A stretch of DNA of 62,861 nucleotides, filler included, from Sphacelaria rigidula (GCA_964200075.2; 10 parts of 10 records of this genome joined end to end with filler, not necessarily neighbours in it); one strand, 5' to 3'; shown: positions 25,187 to 38,127, counted from the first letter of the whole stretch. The notes: generated by a model not told the origin, from the letters alone. Made by a program: numbers and translations.

Positions 25187-28100
25187 TATTTGCAGGATCC
25201 GTGCAGCCCAGGAGGAACTCCCCCGCCCCCTTTGGCATGCATGATTATGAGTACCCCCCCCCCCCTCCGTCAAATGAATGAGTACGCCCCCTCCGTCAAA
25301 CATGACCTCTGGTGTCATGGCAGAGCACCGCGCTCCCATGACGCCACTGGCAGAGACACGGGCGGATGTTTTCACCATCTAAAGAGAACGATCTTTCCAA
25401 AGCAAGAGGTTGTGCTGAAATCCATCCATGCAGATGAAACGAGTTTACTGAGGTTGGAAAATCTAATTTTTCTCCGCACCATTCATGGGCCAGCCATCTG
25501 GACTGCTCTGTGCTGCACATACAGCACAGCACATTTAAGTTCAACGCAGTACAGAGCATTGTGCTGTCGGCGAAGTATATATGATCAGCTTTTTTGTGCC
25601 CAAGTGCGTCGATAACAACAAGAAAACACCATGTGCTGTACAAGTGCTGTACAAGTGTGTACATGGCAGTATGATAACAACGCACTTAAGTCAGCTCCTG
25701 CAAACCGCGAGGGTGGTTTTAAATCTGGGGGTCGCGTTGTACACGCAAGAATATACAACCCGCTCTTAGTGTCCCTAGCGGGAGAAAGAGTGCAACTTGG
25801 GAATCTCACACCTGGAATCAAACAATCTTCGACGTGGATAGACATATCCCAAGTTGACATGAGCACAGGTTTCGACATGTCAATTCAAAGGTACTACCGT
25901 CACACACGATAGAAAACATATGCCTCCGTTGCCATAGGCCGCGGCAACATGAGAACAGCAGGGTGGATGACAAGCTCCATAAACAAAATTATGTCCAACC
26001 GTCCACCCGACCACCCTCTTGGACATGCACTCGCGGGAGATGTGGAGGACCCCTAGGGCTAACTCATGGGGTGCAACGTCCGGGCGCCTGATGAGACGCC
26101 GTCCGGGGCAGTGTGAGTGTCACGTACGGCACCAAAACAGATCCCGAGGTTACAGCATCTTCAGCTCACTGTTGTGGTGATACCCTGCCAACTATCGAAG
26201 GTGATGATCGCACGCTCTTCGCTACTTCTTTCACGTGATTGTGGCTTTCGAACGAAACGCGGGACGCCTGCATGCATGGACAATATACGCGCACAAGAAA
26301 ACCCCGACTCCGACTCTTGAACTGTTATGATGGCAGAGAACTGAGATCTTGCCCCCATATGCCGGTGTTTCATGTAATTCGGGTAGGTAGTGAAACATGT
26401 GCATATCTTCGGCTATCATCCCTCGCCAACACATTCCACAAACGTGGTTGAGAGAAGTTTTCGACCGATAAACATTGAACGTGCAGTGCCGATGGAAAAA
26501 GACACGAGGGCGATCGCCGGGGGCCACGCCGGCCACGCGGGCGCAGTGCGAGAGGATCTGAGCCCCCAGTCCTACGGGAAACACAGGGCGACTGCACTGT
26601 TCAGTGACTCTCGGGCGCCAGGATGTGCATCGCCGTGGTATACCGGTGTTACAATTTTTAGTAAATATCCTCCGTAAATATTCTGAAGGGGCGAAAAAAT
26701 CAAAGCATATCCCCCTGACACACATTCATATTTCGCCATTATCACCCCGTTGCCCGCTTGATTCGTTCCCGCCGTGTTACCTGCTCAGGTTGAGGGCACT
26801 CGAGCAAGAGTCTTGTTGTGCAATGGATAAGATCTACCTGCCCCGGCGCAGAGCAGCTGGATCCGTACTACGTGGTGCATGGTCATGTCGTCGACTATGC
26901 CGTCGAGGCGTACAGGGAACCTCCTCAGCCCATCATGGCGTGTGGATACCTGGCAGTCGAAGCCTACCGCGCGGCAAAGGTGCGCACTGAATAAGCGGAC
27001 GCCAGGACAGGGCTGGTTGTGCTTGCATACGACGACCCTAACACAGCGGGAATTATCAAGGTGCACAAACAACGAGGGCGAATGGATAAGCTCGAAAAAT
27101 GCGGCACGAGCTTCCATCCAACATCCACGAAGCCTCTTCCCCGCGGGCCACGCTTCCGGAGCCTGGTTCGCAAGACCAGCAAACATGTCCGGAATTATCG
27201 AGCCGCTAGTGCGTTCAAGCGGATACTACTCGAGAATAACGAAGGACCGTTGATCGTCACCTACGGGGTCAGCATGCCGCCTATTCTAAGTGGTTTGACG
27301 CCAACGGCTGTGGCGGGAGTAAGAGGGCACGTTGGACGGGAGCGGGGGGAGAGAGTGGGAACGACGGCGGCCGCAAGGTGCGGAGGAATGCGATTCCGCA
27401 GTGGAATGCGGCAGTAATGATGGGTGAGCTACCGTGGAGCGTAGAGGGGGAGGAAACGATAGTGGCGACTTCACGCGCGAGCATTTTTGGCGGCGGGCTG
27501 GCGGTTACGGCCCGCCAGTGGGATTCACCGGTTGTATCAAGTGGATAGGGGGAGGGAGGAGCGGCGATGCCGCCGATGGCGGCAACTGCGGCATGCGGAG
27601 GCTTCGACGACGGAGGTATGGCAGGGGCGGCCCCGCGGACTCATCTTGCGGCGGTGACGGGCCAGCAATCAAGCGGGGCTCCGCCGGTGTCGTTGTCAGC
27701 GCCGAACGCTGGTTTTCGCACCCGGGCAGGGGTTACGGCGATCACACAATCGTATCTTGCCGCGTTGATAGGCAGCGAGAGGGGGGAAGGCGGCGGCAGG
27801 AGAATCACAAGCGCCAAGTGCGGCGCTCCCCCACCCTTCTACTCGTGGCTCGCAACGTCACCTGTTTGTGGTGGCTTCATGGTCGTGATCCTGATCGGAG
27901 TATTCACAGCGCACCTGGACCCGGCATAGGTGAGGGAGAGATGTCCACAGTCCACTTCATCATACACTCCGGAAGGTTGTTCGGGAAATCTATGAAGAAG
28001 TGGCTCTTGGCTTCCATGGATACTGATCAGTGGATTATTGTACTCCTGGCCACGTCCTCCCGATATATCAAGCCGCATGGCTCAGACGCTGTGCAAGTCT

Positions 28101-29500
28101 CTGTCAAACGCGTCGTGAATGGTGACCCCCGGTACATACTAGTGAACCGGGTACACAGTGCGCTCGAGAATTTGAGGGACGGGCGCGAGAGTGCTTGGCC
28201 GCCCGACGGACAGTACGGTTGGCTGACACCGTCACTCAAGGTGGCACTGTTCGTCTTCACGTATATGTTGGCCGGGTACGAATTTTTACCACATGTGTCC
28301 GGGATTCCTTTCCTGAAGATGCGGAATTCCGTCCTGAAGGACATTCGCACGCCACATATCTTCACAAGAGCGATACTGGTGGACAAAGACGGGGTGATGA
28401 GGGTGCATGGGGACGAGGGCATAAAGCTGATGGCCACAGTTTTATTTTCAAAGTACGAAACGCTCTTGCACACGTCGCCGCGGATCCGGGACTTCTGTTC
28501 GCCACGTGCGGGCAAGACTTGGTGTCGTACGTGAACAAGATCCGCCTGTGTATCACCACCGTGCATGGGCGTCTGCCTTCCCGCTGCTGCCAAGACTTGG
28601 ACGCCTGTAGGAAGCGCGTCAGTAAGTCCGATGCAGTGGCCGAATACTGGGGGAGGAACTTTCTAGACAGGATGCCCATAGTAGAGTCCAACAGACGCGG
28701 GTGGGGCATGGAACCAGAGAGGAGGACTCAACGAAAGGATGGTGTAAAATCGACGGGCATAGCGGCGGTGGAGCTCGCACGCGACAACCTTGTCGTGTAC
28801 TTGTCGAGCCACATGTACGTCGACACATGCGGGAGCGTGCGAACACTCAGATAAACATACAACCCGGAAAAGGCGGCGACAAAACACAGATGCCAGAGTT
28901 ACAGGTGTTTGGGGAACTGCATGCTGAGCTGCCGTTGCCAGGGCCACTGCTTCCTGCCCCAACCCTCTTTACGAGCGACCGCCGACAATCCCAATCGTGA
29001 AACTGGCGACGGACACAGCGGTGCACGCGGCCGATCTCACAACGGGAGAAGCCGGTCAACAGCAAAGCATACAAGGGGCAGGTCGACTGCACCACGTGGA
29101 AGGGGCGCGGCGTCTGCAGCGAGCAGCGCGCCAGGGGCACCTGTTGATATGGCTGATGGTGAGAAGCCTTGCTGGCGCGACGCGGGGAGGGAGGTGGTAG
29201 GGAGAGATTTTCCGGGACCAGATCCGATCAGTGCAACCGGCGGTGGAGACGGCAGTGCACGCGGCCGATCTCGTAACGGGAAAGGCTGGTCAGCAGCGAA
29301 GCATTCAAGGGCCGAATCGGCTGCACCACGTGAAAGGGGCGCGGCGTCTGGAGGAAAATGGGTACGGGTAGCGTATCCCAAGATCCGATCAGTCGCAGCT
29401 TCTGCAGTGGTGGATGAGATGAACCCATCGGACCGAGTCGAACTGTTCAGCCGGGATCTGGATTGGAGGCTTAGATTCAGAATTCAACTGGTCCGGGAGT
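25187..29500 (+). mobile_element. Degenerate AcademX-like DNA transposon coding region (transposase remnants + PIN/XPG nuclease + CXC finger)
   Basis: Motifs occur in order across stops and frameshifts: VVDYAVEAY (~26887), LAYDD..IIKVHKQRGR (~27020), GIGEGE (~27925), SMDTD (~28015), YMLAGYEFLPHVSG (~28260), RVSKSDAVAEYW...RGWG (~28620-28710), RCQSYRCLGNCMLSCRCQGHC (~28890-28950). The upstream transposase-like motifs are weak and no TIRs were found. Confidence 0.6.
26881..28960 (+). pseudogene. PIN-fold (XPG/XRN-like) 5' nuclease with C-terminal Cys-rich finger, frameshifted
   Basis: The GEGE, D-x-D and G-x-[DE]-FLP acidic motifs parallel those of XRN/FEN-type nucleases. Stop at ~26992, frameshift at ~28480-28490, stop at 28852. 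Confidence 0.75.
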
Positions 29501-31331
29501 GAGGACTCGGCATCAGAAGCGGGCGACGACCATTATGAAGATGTCGAGTATTCATTTCAGCCTGTAGAGCATGCTGGGGTTGTGTTTTCTGTAGATAGAT
29601 TGCAAACAAGTTTCTGTACGATTCAAGGTTTTTTTTTCCAGGTTGTAATCTTGAACTGTGCCTCGTGTACACAGCGATGATGATTCGTGCATGCGCGGTG
29701 CACCCAACCTGTAGTGCGTGAGGATACGCAATGATTTCAACTGAGGGAGTGTTTCAACGCAAGATGACAAATCAAAACCACACCATGATATGCCATTCGA
29801 CCTTTGCAGATACTGCAGAGTACTGCCAACGCCCGCTCGTCGATTCTATGACGTTCGTACAGGGAGAGAACTGCTGGGAATCATCCGTTTGACCACTGTC
29901 CTGAGCGCTCGGACAAAAAACGTCGGTATCCTTGATACTGCACCATTGCACCGAACCGGAGGGTCGTGTCACCACTGGTCCTCCGAATCACACATCGGGT
30001 CCGTTTCCGCCACGTCTCCCTTTATACCGCTTATTATGGCAAACACAACATGTTGACAACTGCTTTCATTGGTCCTCCTGCTTCGCTGTTGGGCCTGAAA
30101 TATATCTGGGCGGATGTCGCCTCCTTGAAATGCCTTGCTATCATCGTTGGCACCAGTCAGAAACAAATCTGCGGCCATCGGGGAAGGCAACGGTGCCCCG
30201 GATTTTCCTCCCGGACTTGGCTACTTGGGACAAGAGTGTATGTGTGAAAAAAGAAGAGTGCCATCACTAGAAAACATAAAGGTGTCCTGGAGTTTTCTCT
30301 ACGAGTACAGGAAGGCATTTGAAGGTCTCAACACCCCCCTAGCCCCCGTTTAGGACGCAACATGACACAGAGAGACAACGAATTAGTCATGTAGTATTTC
30401 CTCGCTATTGTTTGCTTGCCATAAGAACCGGTCTTCGACGCCAAGAGGTGTCGCTGACGACAAAATGGGTCGGCACAGTACGTGTGGGTATGTACGTTAT
30501 ATCTTGCGCGGCGATCCCATGAGCACACCTCGCACGCCACTCCAGCAACAACGCCATGCACATATTTGTACCGTCCTTTCTATCGACGGGCGGCGCTGAT
30601 GTTTCCACGACCGAGTGCGGAAGAACATATCCACGACTCTGAACACGCCTGAACGCGGCGCATGAGACTGCCCGCTCATTTTGGATACCAGCTCTTTATC
30701 TGATGCGCGTTTTCACCGCATCTTACGTGTCCCAACATCCCCCACTCAGATGGCAATATCTCGATGCACACAGCAGCTGCAGGGACAAATCATGTTGTTC
30801 TGTGTAGCCAAGATGCATATCTATCGGCCCTCCACGTTCCGGCTGCGCAGACCCTTGCCGCAGATGAAAATGTTGAGGTATAATGAGGTTAATCTATCGC
30901 AAAATTTGCACGATCCCGAGAATTGATTGGTGCGATTTTGATGTTGAACGATGGCTGTTAGCAAGTATTACCTGCCTGTTGAGTTTCAGCTTGCTGCCAA
31001 TTGTGAGTCGCGAGTAACAATTGATCACGTGTAGGTCGGCCATATTGGAAAACGACTTTTCGGGTTGTACATATTTCGCCAACTTTTTCGTGTTATCCAT
31101 CGCTCGCTGGTGTGCTGTACTGGGTGGAATTGAACCGGACCTCGACGGAGGCGTAGCTTCAGATATGTGCTGCAGCTGTGTATCACCACCATTGTCATTA
31201 ATCTGCCCCGTCAACTACTTTTAGTCCGTCTGGTCTCATTTTTGGGGTGGTGCTGAACAACGTGACAGTTTCCATGGCGTAACACTGCTCCTTGCAAGCT
31301 CCTTGCGCGATATTCAAACAGAGTAGACTGA

Positions 31332-31382
31332 GCCGGTCGCCCCGGTGGCTCAGTTGGTAACCTCGTAACCTTCTGATGATTG
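31332..31382 (+). mobile_element. tRNA-derived SINE head, truncated by the scaffold end
   Basis: Nearly identical to 43898-43948. A-box TGGCTCAGTTGG present. Confidence 0.7.
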
Positions 31383-31774
31383 NNNNNNNNNNNNNNNNNN
31401 NNNNNNNNNNNNNNNNNNNNNNNNNNTTAATTAATTAANNNNNNNNNNNNNNNNNNNNNNNNNNNNNNNNNNNNNNNNNNNNCGAATTCCCCTAGGTAAA
31501 CCCCGAAAACTGAACCCTGAGAAGAGACATGCGCAGCAACTCAGGATTCATTTTCAACTTTCCAAATAAACCCTGAGTTGCTAAACACCCCAAAGCGTTG
31601 GTGCCAGACTCAGGGTTAGGAATCGGAACTAGACACCCTGCCCCATAACGACCAAAGTTACAGAACACAGCGGTAGAACAAATATCATAAGTGAGGCGAT
31701 AGCGGATGACGTGAACGCCCGCGACAGCGCTGGTGATGGCAGCTAGTTCACAAGGGGGACCCAAGACTACGAGA

Positions 31775-32055
31775 AATACTTGGAAGCGAGCGGGGGAGCC
31801 GAGACACCAGTCGACCTGGCTTATGATGATGCGGAAGGGTGGGAGTCGGCCGCTCAAGCAGCTGCTACGAGGACTTGACAAAACGGCGACCCAACGTGAA
31901 GCGTGCGTTGGCTCGCGCATGTACACCACCGTTTGGTGGCCATTTTGTCGAGATCCTCGTAGCGGCTGCATGAGTGACCCACTTCAGCCCTTCCACGTCA
32001 TCCTTAGCCAGGTCGAGAGGTGTCTCTGTTCACCCTTTCGCCTTCACGCAGCTAG
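31775..32055. repeat. Imperfect hairpin of about 280 bp, possibly two tail-to-tail LINE 3' fragments
   Basis: gagacaccagtcgacctggcttatgatgatgcggaagg pairs with ccttccacgtcatccttagccaggtcgagaggtgtctc. The arms continue inward to about 31920. Confidence 0.75.
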
Positions 32056-33573
32056 GATTACCGCGTATTGTGAACCTTTATCGAGAACGACTGTATTTTC
32101 TCCAAGTATGCAAACGTACACACATAGGCATGTGCACACTTGTACTACAGGCAGTAAGTAGTACAGTACTAAAGACACTAGTACAAGTGTACAGAACACT
32201 TCCCACAGAAAGTATACAAAACTGTTTACAGACAGTGCAGCAGTGCAGTAGTACAACCCTCCTCTGTCTCAACTTGAGCTGTACCACGCACCGACATTTG
32301 CAGCACTTGTGAATGACTAGCGGGCGCCGAGGCACACTGCCTGTGTGCCCAACGCTGTGTACTGTGCCGGGTTCGTACCCAGAGGCTGTGTTGGCGATAC
32401 TGTGTGTGTGAGTTGTCGTCCCATCTATTCTGGACGCCGGTCTACACCTTGCGGTATATGTGGGCGCACCAGTGGGGGTCACACAGGAGGAAGGTCAACA
32501 CAGAAGTTTTTTCCTCTTGTGTTCGTTTTTAGTACTCCACCTTTCTTCCGCGGTGCTTGCCTTTATATTCCATCGCGAGAGGGGTTCAGCAGTCCCTTTC
32601 CCTCGTCGACCGTCAAATCGAATATACTGCTGCCGCGTATTCAACGGTACGGGGACAGCACAAACATCTAAAGTGATGCTAGGATAGGACCGGGGGTATT
32701 TTGGACCGTTGCTTGCACTAAATTCACCTTCGAATCGATTTTACGAGCAACGATCTTCAGAACGCGCGTGTTCCCGATAAAGAACGCTATCCATAATCTA
32801 TACAGTACTGCTTGAGGCCGTTTTACCCAAATACAAGCGCACGGCGAGTGTGTCAGGTTGTCCAAAACATCTATGAGCCTTTTCTCCCTGGAATCAAACA
32901 CCCAACCTGTGGCAGCGCGGCTCTGTACATGCTCTCCTGCGCTGTACGGGTAACACCGCATGGGAAAGCACAGAGTACAAGCGCAGAAAAGCACGGCGCG
33001 ACTTGTACCTTTTCAACTCATAAAATCAACCACGTGGCATTCGGAACGGAAAAGACTAAACCCTGAAAAGTTGGCCACGGTCCACATCTGCGTGGTAAAA
33101 AAAGAAAAACTGGGGTTTAAGCGTAAACAATCCAGTCGTTTCTCGCTTTATCCCTGAGATCTGATTTTTTTCCCCGAAAATCTCTATTAACGGGTCTATG
33201 TGAAGTTTTGAGCGTTCAATGTTTTTTACACTGGTCGTCGGCCCAACAGGTCGGATCACGGACAACACACAAACAGAGCGATATGCGACAGCAGGGCATT
33301 TTTCGCAGCATCTTCGAAACAACACACATCGACACCCGCAGCCCGTGCGTATTAACTCCCGGCGCTATTCCGATGCTCACCTACGCGCAGCAATTCTTGC
33401 TTCACCGGAATCCGTTAACTTTTGAAGAGCGGGCGGTCGTACGCACGTAAACAAGTTGCGACAAGTGCAATTACCAAAGGTGGTTATGATAGGATACCGT
33501 ACCCCGAGTTTCCACGGTATTCGCAGTACTGGGGTTCTTGAGGCATTGACCGCCGAAAAAAAAGAGAAATTCA

Positions 33574-34933
33574 TAGGGCTGTGAACTGGCTGCTCTGGCC
33601 AGTTAAGTTTAAACTGGGCGCGCCAGCGGCCAGTACATCGATTGTTTTGCAGTTAATCGGCGAAGCCGATTAACTGGGAAACAATCGCCGGCGAGCGGCG
33701 AGAAAAATTGCGGTATATGGCTAATTTTTCCTTCAAAAATGTGAAAAATTGTAGGAGATGTGACCCCTCACATTGAGGAGCTAAACGCCTCGGGTGACAC
33801 AGGAGTGCCCGACAAAAAGTCCTTCGAGATCCTATGTACCCCTCCCCCTCTCCCCCCCTTCCCCCCTTCCCCCTGCGGCGGTCGTTGGGTTTTGTTTTTT
33901 TTCACATTAAGAAACACTCAATATATAGCTATTTTGGGGCGACTTGGGTGAGGTAGCGCCCATGATTGTTGGCCTCATCTGCTACTACAAGATGCGACGC
34001 ACATTGGGCGCAAATTGACGGTGCAGATAGTTGCATCTAGCTTGATTGAGCAAGCGTTGCAGAGCGTTGTGGTATTTGTCTGGTCTTGTTCTTGTCGTGG
34101 AAGTGTGATTTACGATGTACTGCCGAAACCCATACATATAACTCGGCCTTTCTTGGCTCCGAAGGTATGCGAAAAATTAAAGCTTCATGAACACGAATTT
34201 TATATTTTTCTATACTTTGTATTTTTTTTACTTTATTTTCTTTTTCTTCTTCTTACTCATTAATTATGTTTAAGGTTTAGTACCCCCCCCCCACCCCCCA
34301 CCCGAAAGACTGCAGGATTCAAAAAAGGGGCATAGGGTCTCGGATTGTTTTTTCTGGGCACTTTCGGATGACATTCAAATCCCATTCAAAGCGGTGAGCG
34401 ATTCGAAAACCATAGATCTGTAATATGCAGCAACAGACTCTACATGAGGAGAGGAGGATGCAAACAAGCCAAGGCTGGCAATACGCGGAGATAAGAGCGC
34501 AAAAGTGATTGACGTCCGGACCCACAAGCAAGCATGCAGTTGAATTGCAAGCCATGGTGTACTTTGTGTTTTGTGGTCGCGGATTACCGTTTGTGTGCTA
34601 TTTGTGATTCCAGATGTATGTCGTGCTGTGAAACGACAAGCCTGGCATATATCCGCAATATCACTTCAAGGTGTAGTGACCACGAGTACTGTACTGTACT
34701 GTACTGTCTGTACCTGAACTGTTGTCAGGTGCAGACCCCAATCCTATTGTCATTTTGCTCATAATCATGTAAGCATCTTCGTTATAAACGAACTATACTC
34801 GAAATGGTATAAAGATAGCCGGTAACGGCAAACTTCAAATAAACTGGATAAACTGGAGTCCTCATCACCAGTTCCAGTTAAACTCCAGTTCCAGTTTAAA
34901 TGCCAGTACAAACTGGTCCAGTTCACAGCCCTA
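33574..34933. mobile_element. Non-autonomous hAT element, 1360 bp
   Basis: Perfect 16-bp TIR TAGGGCTGTGAACTGG, perfect 8-bp TSD GAAATTCA (33566-33573 and 34934-34941), AACTGG/CCAGTT subterminal repeats, no transposase ORF. Confidence 0.93.
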
Positions 34934-35184
34934 GAAATTCAGGGTGTCCGAATACTGAGTCGCACCCGTAGCTCACCCGATGGTGACCATATTTGTAGTT
35001 TTTGACCGTTTGCGTGTTTTCGCTTTGGCGCGCGTCTGGCAAGAATGATCGCCTCTAAGTTTTCACTGTTGTACGGATTGATCCCAGAAACAAGCGAAAA
35101 CGCGTCTTGCCCAAGCTAATGAACAGCCTGCAATGATTTTGTTTCACACCCCATTCATACTGTGCAATCCTTATTTTGCAAAAG

Positions 35185-35501
35185 GCATACGCCATCACCA
35201 ACAACGACAAGCCCAGCCCTGAACCTAACCCCAACCTCAACACCACTGCAACCAATCCAGCAGGGGCCATGCCGCTGCATACCGGGCTTGGCACCCGCTA
35301 CGTAGATGCCCAAGTCGGCACGCCTCCGCGGAAAGTAAAGTTGGTCGTCGATACCGGGAGTTTCAACATGGCGTTCCCGTGCGCTGGATGTCGAAGCACC
35401 GGGGGAGGGTGTCGCGGAGGACAGGCGGATTTGTGGGACCCTTCCATGTCGTCTACGGCTGCCGTTGTCGAGTGTGGCGACTGCCGTGGCGCGTCTTTCA
35501 C
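35185..35501 (+). CDS. Pepsin-family (A1) aspartic protease, plasmepsin V-like; exon containing the first catalytic DTG
   Basis: GLGTRYVDAQVGTPPRKVKLVVDTGSFNMAFPCAGC...WDPSMSST. aag acceptor at 35184 and gtgagt donor at 35502 (phase 2). Confidence 0.93.
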
Positions 35502-36584
35502 GTGAGTCTGTTTTTCGTTGTGGGTGCACCGTGTTCGTCTATCCGATGTGGTCATGTGTATATGTCCCACATTGATATGATACGAATTCAGCTACGGTCA
35601 TTAGATAGATGTGTCCTACGGTGGATAAACGGAGATGCTCGGTGGAGAATACTAGGTACGTCGGAAGTGGGATCTGTCCAATACCTCACTTGATATTGAA
35701 GCAAGATTACCCCGCACAGGTGCGGATAGTGCAACATTGCAGCACAGACGGTGCTGTACCGTAGTGCAGTATGCAGCGGAACGCAGGAGAGAGCGAAAAT
35801 AGTCGGAGGCGTGCTATGGTACACAAGACACAGATGACGCCTGCCTGGCTTCTTGTGGCGGGGTAATGAGGAACAAGCGCGGGGAGCAGCCACGGAGAAG
35901 TATCACGCGAAGTCACCCCCCCTGGGGAAATGCCTGTGACTCTGTTAGCTCCCTCTTGCGTGCCGCTACGTACATCTTGTACGTACTGTACGGTGTTGTA
36001 CTGTCTGTGCTGTAATGTTGTACTGCCTGTACGTATACGGGGTGCCGTACTGTACTGCTGCCCGGAAGGTGTACTGTCTGAACGTACCGTTCGAACTGCA
36101 CTGTGCTATTGCCGGGAAAACAGTGCAACCGCTCTTGCAGTGCTCACGCAAGTGCTCCAAAAATGTCTCGTATTGTTCAGGTACCACTGTCTTGGTAACG
36201 TTAGGAATCAGAAGGGTGCACGGGATGAGACTCATCCAAGAACTGAAATTCATTCTGCGTGCTGGGCCGTTTTGAGTGATGTGATATCGTCATGTGATGT
36301 CCTTCCATCGGCCAATTGGATTTCTTTTACTAGGACAGCGTATAACCAGTGAAAAGTACTGCGTAGCTCTCTGCAAAGATATCTCTTAGCACGGATGACC
36401 CCGGGGGCGTGTGTCAGAACCAAGCATTCACCATGTAGTGCCCGGTCTTGCTCTGCGCAGTGCTACTTTTACTGGTCGACCAAGGTTATTTTTGTCGATG
36501 TGCTTGTTGTGATGATGATTTTTTCTTTGTTTGTCTTCGGTCATCACCGTTTTGTATTTATTTGTCGTCTCGTCCACGTGGCAG

Positions 36585-36657
36585 GTGCAAAGAGAGCTCC
36601 CAAGAGTGCACGTACAGGCAGTTCTACAGTGAAGGTAGCTCGTGGCGAGCATACCAG
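36585..36657 (+). CDS. Aspartic protease, next exon (flap region)
   Basis: cag|G TGC... is in phase with the previous exon and gives CKESSQECTYRQFYSEGSSWRAYQ. gtgagc donor. Confidence 0.9.
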
Positions 36658-38127
36658 GTGAGCACTGAATGGCTGATTCATGAGCAATGCTATGGTTGGG
36701 GTTGCACTTTTTTAGCGAAAATGTTTCTCGGGGCTGCTCGGGGTGTTAGACGAGATCATTACGAGAATCGGCATCAGTTTTACCTGAAAAATACTGAAAA
36801 TGATGCCGATTCACGAAAAGGCTCCCTAGTGTAAACACCATGTTTCTGGGAGTCCGGTCTCCGGAGATTTGGGTTGCACAGTAAGCCCCATATATTTGGG
36901 CTCCTACAAAAAAGAGATCCAGACACAAAAAGTGCAACCTCTACCGTAGCACTGCTCTCATTTTTCTAGGTACTGCTGCGCACTTTCCGATCGTCTACAA
37001 ATCTGTGCGTGACCACGAGATAGACGCACCCACTGTAAGTTCACGAAAACACCCGCTCAAGGAAACTCGAGAAACGGAACAAAATTGCAAACCGAGAATA
37101 GGAAAACAATCAGAATAAACCAACACGAACGCCAGGCTAAGGACTACTGCTGTGAAAGTTTCAATAACCTTCCCCCCCCCCCCCAACGAGTGCTTGCCAT
37201 GGCTCCGGGTAGGAGCATGTATAATGAGCACGGCCGTTGGAAGCAGGTGACGAATTTGCTATCTGAAGACCGCATCACTGGGTAGAGACTGTCAGCCACC
37301 AGCTGTGCAGGACGGAGACACACGCATTGGTACAGCAGGGTCATAAAGAACAAAATAGGAACAAAGTGAAGACACAGAGGGGGCAGAAGAGGATAGAAGC
37401 AAGGAGAGGGAAGAAAATACGAGGGAATAACAAAGAAAATGAAGAGGAACAGGGGGACACAGTCACAAAGCAGAGCAGTGATGGGAAGCACAGAGGATGG
37501 AGCATACCTACGAAACAGGGCGAAGAGTATGAGTCAAAGAGGGAAGGCAACAAGCGATGGGATAAAAAACAGGGATACCAGTTGCCGTGTAACCCTTCCC
37601 CCCCCTCCCCCCTCCCCCCTTCAGCACGCGCCCGCGCGAACCACGCGCCCCCCGCCCCCGGCTCCGGCGGGGTGGCCCNNNNNNNNNNNNNNNNNNNNNN
37701 NNNNNNNNNNNNNNNNNNNNNNTTAATTAATTAANNNNNNNNNNNNNNNNNNNNNNNNNNNNNNNNNNNNNNNNNNNNGTGTCTGCGCTGCGTGTACCTG
37801 AGTTGCAACGCTGAATTAAAGCTATGGGATTGATTCATCACGAGTCGACTCATCATACTGAAACCTAGTAATGATTGGACGAATCATTATTTGTCCGACC
37901 CTTGGACATTTTGGTAGCCTCGGCACGATGATTGTGTGAACCTTCTTATGTGTTCTCGTCCAGCACTCACCCTTTTTTCAACAAGCATCTGATTCCAACC
38001 GTTGCACGTCGTTGTATCCGTCAAAAAACAAGCGAAAGATATTAAAGCAAGAAGAAACCGCGGAAACATCGTCTACGCAAATGTAACACCATCATGTCTA
38101 TTGTCCCGAATATATTGTACCGCGCAG

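Noticed and set aside
28480..28520. DPG as a Fanzor/TnpB RuvC-I motif
   Set aside because: There is no preceding hydrophobic strand and no downstream E, zinc finger or D-x-NAA motif. It lies inside the XPG-like region.
35212..35242. Telomere-like repeat inside the protease exon
   Set aside because: It is short and degenerate, and is explained by Pro-Asn low-complexity codons.
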